IMG/VR virus record: IMGVR_UViG_3300032218_000524
Span: 1-31,614 of that record
Direction: 5' to 3' (one strand)
Source of the DNA: a virus
Lineage: Duplodnaviria; Caudoviricetes
DNA length: 31,614 bases
A program made the translations under genes and the position numbers. Position 1 is the stretch's first letter. The number at the start of each line of letters is the position of its first letter. Under the pieces are notes generated by a model. The model saw nothing but the letters and a program-made list of their open reading frames with translations, had not been told where the DNA came from and ran no database searches. Positions 25,462 through 31,614 of this stretch are shown here, one piece after another.

Positions 25462-27528
25462 ATGGCACTAACAGATGGCATAGAAGTACCCTTAGGTAAT
25501 CTCAAAGCACAGTTAAGAGAAGCACAAAAAGAAGTACAAAACCTTGCCGATAAGTTTGGTGCTACTTCAGAACAGGCTATAAATGCAGCAAAAAAGGCAG
25601 CAGAACTAAAAGATAAGATAGGCGATGCTAAGGCATTAACTGAAGCATTTAATCCTGATGCTAAATTTAAAGCATTCTCTCAAACTTTAGGGGCAGTAGC
25701 TGGTGGATTTTCAGCAGTTCAAGGGGCAATAGGTTTACTTGGTGGCGATGCAAAAGACTTTGAAAAAACAATGGTCAAGGTGCAGTCAGCAATGGCACTA
25801 TCTCAAGGATTAAATTCTTTAGGAGAACTTGGAGATGCATTTAAAAATCTAAAATCAACTGCCGTAAGTTCATTTAATGCAATTAAAACGGCTATCGGTT
25901 CAACAGGAATAGGATTACTTGTTGTGGCTTTAGGTGCTATCTATGCTTATTGGGATGACATTAAAGAGGCAGTATCTGGTGTAAGTGAAGAACAGAAAAA
26001 ACTTAACAAGGCAACTAAAGAAAACTTAAAAGCACAGGAAGATAAGATTGATGCTATTGATGGGCAGTCTAATCAGTTAAAACTTCAAGGTAAATCTGAA
26101 AAAGATATACTCAAATTAAAGGTAGCACAGACAGATGAGGCGATAAAGGCAGCAGAGGTTAATCTTGTAAATGCTAAGAATACTAAGAATGCACAAGTAG
26201 AAGCAGCACAAAGAAATCACGACATCCTACAAGGTATTATAAGAGGATTAACTGCACCAATAACTTTGCTTTTATCTACGATTGATTTAGCTGGTAAAGC
26301 ATTTGGTAAGAACTTTAATTTGGAACAAAAGTTTTCTGGTGGACTTGCAAACTTATTATTCGATCCAGCAGCCGTTGCAAAGGAAGGAGATGCAACTATT
26401 AAAGAAGCTGAAACAAGTCTTAATAAATTAAAGGAAAAAAGGGCTGGTTATCAACTATCATTAAATGGTATTGATGCAAGTGCAGCTAAAGAAGCAGCAG
26501 CAAATAGAAAGAAAAATGCTGATGACATAGAAGCAGAAAGAAAAAAGGATGAGGAAAGAGCCAAAGAAATAGCAGATGATAAAGCAAAAAGAGAAGATGA
26601 CGCATTTAAAGTACAAAGAGATGCCTATATATCTACATTAGATGAGCGTAAAAAGGCTGAATTAAAGATAGAGGATGAATATGAGGCTAAACGTAGTACA
26701 TTATTAAGAGCAAATATTACTGATTTTTCAGCTATTGAAGAGGAAAAACGACTTGCTTTAGCAAAGATTCAAGAAGATTATGATAAAAAAGAACTTGAGG
26801 AAAAAGAGAAAAAAGAACAGGAAAAAGCTGATATAGAAAATAGGTTTATAGATTCTAAACTTGAGTACGAAAAATCAATAGCATTAACTAATAGAGAAAA
26901 AGCAGATGCTGAAATAGCAGCACTTGAAGAGGATTATAGAAGGAAACTTGCATTGGCAGAAAAAAATGGAGAAGATACTACATATCTTGAACTTCTAAAA
27001 GCTAATAAGATAGCTGATATAAATAAAAATGCTGCTCAAAATGATAAGAAAATTAAAGAAGCTAAATTTGCTGCAGATGTTGATATGGCTGCACAAACAT
27101 TAAATGTATTAGCTGGTATAGTTGATAAAAATAGTGCAGCAGGAAAGGGAATTGCAGTCGCTCAAGCAGTAATCAATACTTATCAAGCAGCATCAAAAGC
27201 ATTTGCACAAGGTGGTGTACTTGGGCCAGTACTCGGTGCAGTAACTATCGCAGCAGGTTTACTTAACGTTAAAAAGATTATAAGTACTAAAGTACCTTCA
27301 GCAAAAGGATCGGGAACAGTTGGCGATGTTGGAGGTATATCTGCCCCATCAATGTCTGCTTCTGCACCAATAACTGCAACACAACCACAAGCACAGATGA
27401 CACAACTTGACCAAACTTCTATCAATGCTTTAGGTAATCAGGCAATAAAGGCTTATGTGGTAGAAACGGATATGACAACTAACCAACAAAGAATCAAAGC
27501 CATTCAACAGAGAGCAAGATTCGGTTAA
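25462..27528 (+). CDS. Tail tape measure protein
   Basis: 688 aa, A/K/E-rich coiled coil with hydrophobic Gly/Ala segments. Confidence 0.8.
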   Translation: MALTDGIEVPLGNLKAQLREAQKEVQNLADKFGATSEQAINAAKKAAELKDKIGDAKALTEAFNPDAKFKAFSQTLGAVAGGFSAVQGAIGLLGGDAKDFEKTMVKVQSAMALSQGLNSLGELGDAFKNLKSTAVSSFNAIKTAIGSTGIGLLVVALGAIYAYWDDIKEAVSGVSEEQKKLNKATKENLKAQEDKIDAIDGQSNQLKLQGKSEKDILKLKVAQTDEAIKAAEVNLVNAKNTKNAQVEAAQRNHDILQGIIRGLTAPITLLLSTIDLAGKAFGKNFNLEQKFSGGLANLLFDPAAVAKEGDATIKEAETSLNKLKEKRAGYQLSLNGIDASAAKEAAANRKKNADDIEAERKKDEERAKEIADDKAKREDDAFKVQRDAYISTLDERKKAELKIEDEYEAKRSTLLRANITDFSAIEEEKRLALAKIQEDYDKKELEEKEKKEQEKADIENRFIDSKLEYEKSIALTNREKADAEIAALEEDYRRKLALAEKNGEDTTYLELLKANKIADINKNAAQNDKKIKEAKFAADVDMAAQTLNVLAGIVDKNSAAGKGIAVAQAVINTYQAASKAFAQGGVLGPVLGAVTIAAGLLNVKKIISTKVPSAKGSGTVGDVGGISAPSMSASAPITATQPQAQMTQLDQTSINALGNQAIKAYVVETDMTTNQQRIKAIQQRARFG

Positions 27529-27529
27529 A

Positions 27530-27557
27530 TGATAACATTTAAAATTAATAACATTTA
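27530..27557 (+). promoter_or_regulatory. Candidate phage late promoter TGATAA-N16-CATTTA
   Basis: Fills the intergenic gap; 5 nt before ATG 27563. Confidence 0.65.
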
Positions 27558-27562
27558 TATCT

Positions 27563-28153
27563 ATGGAATTACCTATTTACGAATTAATGATAAGTGATGA
27601 TATGAACGATGACGCAGAAGTTAATTTTGTGGCACTTGTTGATAGACCAGCAGTACAAAGGAATTGGAATGCGTTTAAAGATAAAGTTAACTTTCAGATA
27701 ATTAGTGAAGATAAAAAGATTATTAGTGGATTACTTATGTTGGCTGATACTCCTATTTTTCGCAGTGATGCTACTAATGGGGACTATTACGTTACATTTA
27801 GTAAAGATACTATTTTCAAGATTGCTCAAAGGTTTTTTAAGAAAGGTTATCAGGCGAATGTAAACCTAATGCACGAGGCATCTATGCAGGTAGAAGGTGT
27901 TACTATGTTTGAATCATTTATAAGCGATACAAGCAGAGGAATAGCACCAATGAAAGGATTTGAAGATAGTCCTGATGGCAGTTGGTTTGGATCGTTCAAG
28001 GTAGACAATGAAGCAGTATGGCAAATGATTAAGGATGGTAAAGTGATGGGATTTAGTGTAGAGGGAATCTTTGAATATACAAGACAAAAGACTAAAGAAC
28101 AAGCTATGCTTGATAACATAAAAGACATATTATCAGGCTTAAGTGATAAATAA
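27563..28153 (+). CDS. Prohead maturation protease (XkdF-like)
   Basis: VALVDRPA, NLMH, PDGSWF, GKVMGFSVEG; upstream of scaffold and capsid genes. Confidence 0.8.
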   Translation: MELPIYELMISDDMNDDAEVNFVALVDRPAVQRNWNAFKDKVNFQIISEDKKIISGLLMLADTPIFRSDATNGDYYVTFSKDTIFKIAQRFFKKGYQANVNLMHEASMQVEGVTMFESFISDTSRGIAPMKGFEDSPDGSWFGSFKVDNEAVWQMIKDGKVMGFSVEGIFEYTRQKTKEQAMLDNIKDILSGLSDK

Positions 28154-28172
28154 TTCTATTAATTCACATTTA
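28144..28172 (+). promoter_or_regulatory. Candidate phage late promoter TGATAA-N17-CATTTA
   Basis: 10 nt before the scaffold ATG. Confidence 0.55.
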
Positions 28173-28182
28173 AAATAAAAGT

Positions 28183-28779
28183 ATGAACGCACAAGAAGCA
28201 ATACTAAAAATTAGGGCATTATTTGAAGATGCTCAAGTTCCAGTTGCAGAATCAAAGGCTATGCCTATGGATAAACCAGCTAAGCTTGAAGCTATTGAAT
28301 ATAGCCTTGAGGATGGTACAAAAGTAATGATTGACAAATTAGAAATCGGTGGCATTGTTGCTAATTCCGATGGCAGTCCTGTTGTCGCTGGAGAACTTAA
28401 ATTGGCAGATGGTACTTCAATTCAGATTGATGACAAAGGTTCAATAATTGAAGTTGCAAGTCCTGCTGAAGATATGCAACCTGAAGAGATGCCAGTAGCT
28501 GAAATGAAAAACAAGATGGCTGAATTAGCTGCTGAATTTCAAGCTAAAGTTGACATCCTAAACTTCGAGAAAGAAGAACTACAAAATAAACTTAAGGCTT
28601 TAACTGAAAAGACATCACAAGGATTTACTCAAGTATTAAACTTAATCAGTGATATGAGTAAAGTTCCTTCTGCTGATCCTATCGCTAAGCCTAATTCTTT
28701 CAAATATCAAGATACTAAAGACTTGAAGTATGAGAGAATGGAGAAATACAGACAAGCAATTTTAAACAATAAAAACTAA
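28183..28779 (+). CDS. Putative capsid scaffolding protein
   Basis: Acidic, LEDGT/LADGT repeats, C-terminal coiled coil; between protease and capsid genes. Confidence 0.65.
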   Translation: MNAQEAILKIRALFEDAQVPVAESKAMPMDKPAKLEAIEYSLEDGTKVMIDKLEIGGIVANSDGSPVVAGELKLADGTSIQIDDKGSIIEVASPAEDMQPEEMPVAEMKNKMAELAAEFQAKVDILNFEKEELQNKLKALTEKTSQGFTQVLNLISDMSKVPSADPIAKPNSFKYQDTKDLKYERMEKYRQAILNNKN

Positions 28780-28784
28780 ATAAA

Positions 28785-29738
28785 ATGGCATTTAACGTTT
28801 CTGCATTAGCAGACTACACAATTCAAAATGCAGCGGAACTTGTAACATCTTCAGTTCTCGGTGCAAAAACCGCTAAACTTATCCAGTCAGCTGGTAACGT
28901 TATGGTAGGTGTTAAGTCATCAGAATCCATCAACATTATGGATACAGATGCAATTTTCCAAGCTGGTGGTACTTGTGGTTTTAACGCTTCAGGTGCAACT
29001 ACATTCACTCAAAGAACTGTAACAGTTGGAAAGATTAAAGTTCACGAAGCTATTTGTCCTAAAGATTTAGAAGCTAAATATCTTCAACAATCATTAGCAA
29101 TAGGCAGTCGTTATGATGGAATTCCTTTCGAGCAAATGTATAGTGAAAAGAAAGCTGCTACAATCGCTAAACAACTTGAAGAAAGTTTATGGCAAGGAGA
29201 TACAGCTTCAGTTAATGTAAACCTTAACAAGTTTGATGGTTTAGTTAAATTGATTGGTGCTGCATCTGGTGTAATTGCTGCTAACACTTCAACTTATATC
29301 TCTGGTGCGCCATTATCTTCAATTACAACTGCTAACGTAGTATCTGTATTTGATGGTATCTATCAAGCAATTCCAGCTAAAGTTGTAGCTGCTGATGATA
29401 TGACTATTTTCTGTGGTCAAGATGTTTTCAGACAATACACAATAGCTTTAAAGAATAGCAATGCTTTCCATTATCAAATTGATGTTAAGGCTGATGCTGA
29501 ATTCTATCTTCCTGGTACTTCAATCAAAGTTATTGCGGTTGGTGGATTGAACGGAACTGGTAAACTTTATGCACTTCGCTTGAGCAATATGTATCTCGGC
29601 ACGGATCTTTTATCGGAAGAAGAGAGATTCGAGGTGTTCTTCGCCAAAGAATCTGATCAAATTAGATTTGTAAGTGAATTCAAAATGGGTATAAACATTG
29701 CATTCCCTGATGAAATTGTGAAATTCATCTTAGCTTAA
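28785..29738 (+). CDS. Major capsid protein
   Basis: 317 aa after protease and scaffold, followed by a terminator; CPKDLE, WQGD, FDGLVK motifs. Confidence 0.85.
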   Translation: MAFNVSALADYTIQNAAELVTSSVLGAKTAKLIQSAGNVMVGVKSSESINIMDTDAIFQAGGTCGFNASGATTFTQRTVTVGKIKVHEAICPKDLEAKYLQQSLAIGSRYDGIPFEQMYSEKKAATIAKQLEESLWQGDTASVNVNLNKFDGLVKLIGAASGVIAANTSTYISGAPLSSITTANVVSVFDGIYQAIPAKVVAADDMTIFCGQDVFRQYTIALKNSNAFHYQIDVKADAEFYLPGTSIKVIAVGGLNGTGKLYALRLSNMYLGTDLLSEEERFEVFFAKESDQIRFVSEFKMGINIAFPDEIVKFILA

Positions 29739-29745
29739 ATTAATA

Positions 29746-29777
29746 TAGGAAGGGATTAAGTTCCCTTCCTAATTTTT
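29746..29777 (+). terminator. Intrinsic terminator
   Basis: TAGGAAGGGA-TTAAGT-TCCCTTCCTA then ATTTTT. Confidence 0.85.
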
Positions 29778-29797
29778 AAAATTATAAATATACAATT

Positions 29798-30319
29798 ATG
29801 GCGGCTTGTGCGTTGACCTCGAATTATGTCATTGACTGCAAGGATTCATTAGGAGGGCTTACAGAAGTCTACTTTATGGAATTTGGAAACTTGACATCTT
29901 ACACAGAAGCGAGTGGTGTGATTACTGCTCTTGTAAAAGCTACTGGTAAGAAATTTTATAAATACGAATTAGTTAGAGGTACTTCAATGTTTACTGAAAA
30001 TATCAATGCTTCAGTAGAAAACGGAAGCGTTTTTTATCAGCAAGAATTGACTATCATTCTTAACAAGTTACAAGTAGCTACAAGAAATGAGATTTTGCTT
30101 CTTGCAAAGAATCGTCTTGTTGCCGTAGCTAAAGATAATAATAGTAAATATTGGATACTTGGAATTACAAAAGCCTTAGATATTACTGCTGGTAGTGGTG
30201 CTTCTGGTACTGCTGAAGGCGATAGAAGCGGTTATACTTTGACCTTTACAGGCAAAGAGGCTGCACTTGCTCAAGAAGTAGGTTCTGCCATCGCTGCTGC
30301 TCTTCAGACTGCTGGATAA
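29798..30319 (+). CDS. Major tail tube protein
   Basis: 173 aa; C...DC.DSLGG, ENGSVFYQQEL, GD.SGYTLTF; has its own terminator. Confidence 0.7.
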   Translation: MAACALTSNYVIDCKDSLGGLTEVYFMEFGNLTSYTEASGVITALVKATGKKFYKYELVRGTSMFTENINASVENGSVFYQQELTIILNKLQVATRNEILLLAKNRLVAVAKDNNSKYWILGITKALDITAGSGASGTAEGDRSGYTLTFTGKEAALAQEVGSAIAAALQTAG

Positions 30320-30343
30320 CTGATAAGTCGTATTACGCAACTT

Positions 30344-30368
30344 TGCCTCACTTCGGTGGGGCATTTTT
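30344..30368 (+). terminator. Intrinsic terminator with cUUCGg tetraloop
   Basis: TGCCTCAC-TTCG-GTGGGGCA-TTTTT. Confidence 0.9.
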
Positions 30369-30395
30369 GTTAATAGTCATTACTAATCGCATTTA
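30368..30395 (+). promoter_or_regulatory. Candidate phage late promoter TGTTAA-N16-CATTTA
   Basis: Immediately after a terminator; 7 nt before ATG 30403. Confidence 0.65.
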
Positions 30396-30402
30396 TATTA
30401 GT

Positions 30403-30774
30403 ATGATTAATTTGACTAAGGCAGCTACGCAAAATATATATTTAACATTAACTGAAATGCAGTTATTGACTGCACCTAATTATCTATTTAGATTTATCAA
30501 TAGATCATCAAACGAAGAGGTCAAATTTGTGTTATTGAATGCAACAGATACAAGCCTATTTAAAGATAGATACAATAAGTTTAGCATAGTTACAGATACT
30601 TACTTCTCATCCAGCGTTAACGGAATGTATGTTTATGAGGTATATGAGGAAGCTGGAACAGGAACAAATATAACAGGACTTAATCTACTTGAGAGTGGTA
30701 TAATGATGCTTAATAGTCCATCTACTATCTTTACAAATTATACGACTACGGATACTTATAAAATCAGACAATGA
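30403..30774 (+). CDS. Hypothetical virion structural protein (123 aa, beta-rich)
   Basis: ATG 30403 preferred because TTG 30343 lies in the terminator; coupled to the portal gene. Confidence 0.6.
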   Translation: MINLTKAATQNIYLTLTEMQLLTAPNYLFRFINRSSNEEVKFVLLNATDTSLFKDRYNKFSIVTDTYFSSSVNGMYVYEVYEEAGTGTNITGLNLLESGIMMLNSPSTIFTNYTTTDTYKIRQ

Positions 30775-31614
30775 ATATACAGTTAATACAATTTGCTGAA
30801 GCTAAACAACCGCAATACGCTGAAAAGAAAGGCGAAGGATATATTCAGTATGGGGAAAGAAACGACTATCCTCAATACTTGATTGAACTATTTAACAAGT
30901 CAGCTAAGCATAATGCAATCGTAAAAAGTAAAGTTCACTATATATGTGGTAACGGATGGACTGGATCGAGTGAGCAATTCATTCAGCATATTAACAGAAC
31001 GGAAACCTTAAATGATATTACTACTAAGATATCTTTAGATATTGAATTATTTGGCGGTGCATTTTTAGAAATCATTTGGGGAATGGATGGTAAAGTTAGT
31101 GAGGTGTGGCATTGTGATTATAGCAAGTTTAGAACAAATAAGGATAATAGTCAGTTTTGGTACAAAGAAGATTGGAATGATAAGAAGGAAAAAGCTGAAA
31201 TCTATTTGGCTTTCAATCCACAACTACCAGAAGGTAAGCAGATACTCTATGTAAAGGAATACAGGCCTAATGTAGGCAGTTATGCATTGCCTTCATACTT
31301 TGGGGCATTAAACTATATAGAATCAGATATTGAGGTATCTAAGCACGTTTTAGGTAATGCTAAAACAGGCTTCTCGGCAAGTAAACTTATAACTTTACCT
31401 AATGGAGAGCCAAGTCCTGAAGAACAAAGGGTAGTTCACAATAAGTTTAAGAATACATATACCGGTGCTGATGGTATTAAGTATATGTTAGCATTCGTTA
31501 ATGATGCATCAAGAAAGCCTATTGTAGATGATTTAGGTACTTCAGATTTAACTAAAGAAGATTTTGCAAGGGTAGATAGCTTAATTCAAGTTAACATCTT
31601 TAGTGGTCATCAAA
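30771..31614 (+). CDS. Portal protein, 5' part (continues at base 124)
   Basis: Not in the ORF track because it has no stop in the window. Manual translation MNIQLIQFAEAKQP...YGERNDYPQYLIELFNKSAKHNAIVKSKVHYICGNG. Confidence 0.8.
   Translation, partial: MNIQLIQFAEAKQPQYAEKKGEGYIQYGERNDYPQYLIELFNKSAKHNAIVKSKVHYICGNGWTGSSEQFIQHINRTETLNDITTKISLDIELFGGAFLEIIWGMDGKVSEVWHCDYSKFRTNKDNSQFWYKEDWNDKKEKAEIYLAFNPQLPEGKQILYVKEYRPNVGSYALPSYFGALNYIESDIEVSKHVLGNAKTGFSASKLITLPNGEPSPEEQRVVHNKFKNTYTGADGIKYMLAFVNDASRKPIVDDLGTSDLTKEDFARVDSLIQVNIFSGHQ
31492..31614. repeat. Terminal direct repeat, copy 2
   Basis: Identical to 1-123. Confidence 0.97.

Noticed and set aside
968-30364. All minus-strand ORFs and nested short + ORFs (2937..3122) in the track
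   Set aside because: They are 61-92 aa shadows of well-supported + genes with no recognisable motifs.
6638-30402. Extended TTG starts in the track (6638, 8476, 21509, 30343)
   Set aside because: Each lies within a promoter or terminator structure; the downstream ATGs fit better.
31492-31614. 123-bp repeat as a biological terminal repeat
   Set aside because: It falls mid-portal with the frame preserved, as expected for an assembler overlap of a circular or permuted genome.
1-31614. tRNA/rRNA genes, integrase/att site, stop-codon reassignment
   Set aside because: No cloverleaf or recombinase motifs seen; genes are dense and intact under the standard code.

Overview
The window is a complete, circularly assembled tailed-phage genome (Caudoviricetes, siphovirus-like). 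Bases 1-123 repeat exactly at 31492-31614, giving a unit length of 31,491 bp, and the portal gene reads in frame across the join. All credible genes are on the + strand. The AT-rich sequence, TAnnTTTG promoter boxes and A-rich starts lacking Shine-Dalgarno sites suggest a Bacteroidota host. I see no integrase, divergent immunity switch, DNA polymerase or helicase. Modules: head-tail and tail fibre genes; recombination and replication, with a lambda-like origin inside the initiator gene; a C5 methyltransferase; an ECF-like sigma factor; glycosyl- and acyltransferases; holin and GH19 endolysin; HNH and terminase; tail and head genes in a non-canonical order. Most notable: (1) a phage sigma factor plus a five-copy TG(A/T)TAA-N16/17-CATTTA candidate late promoter, often placed for near-leaderless mRNA; (2) a ~90-nt RNA with two complementary hairpin loops directly before the replication genes; (3) three translationally coupled paralogues behind the tail fibre, with a 17-bp repeat bracketing the middle one; (4) a -1 frameshift tail chaperone with ~200 nt of dual coding; (5) a portal fused to a winged-helix domain and a MuF-like domain. 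All functional calls come from motif recognition by eye, not database searches.
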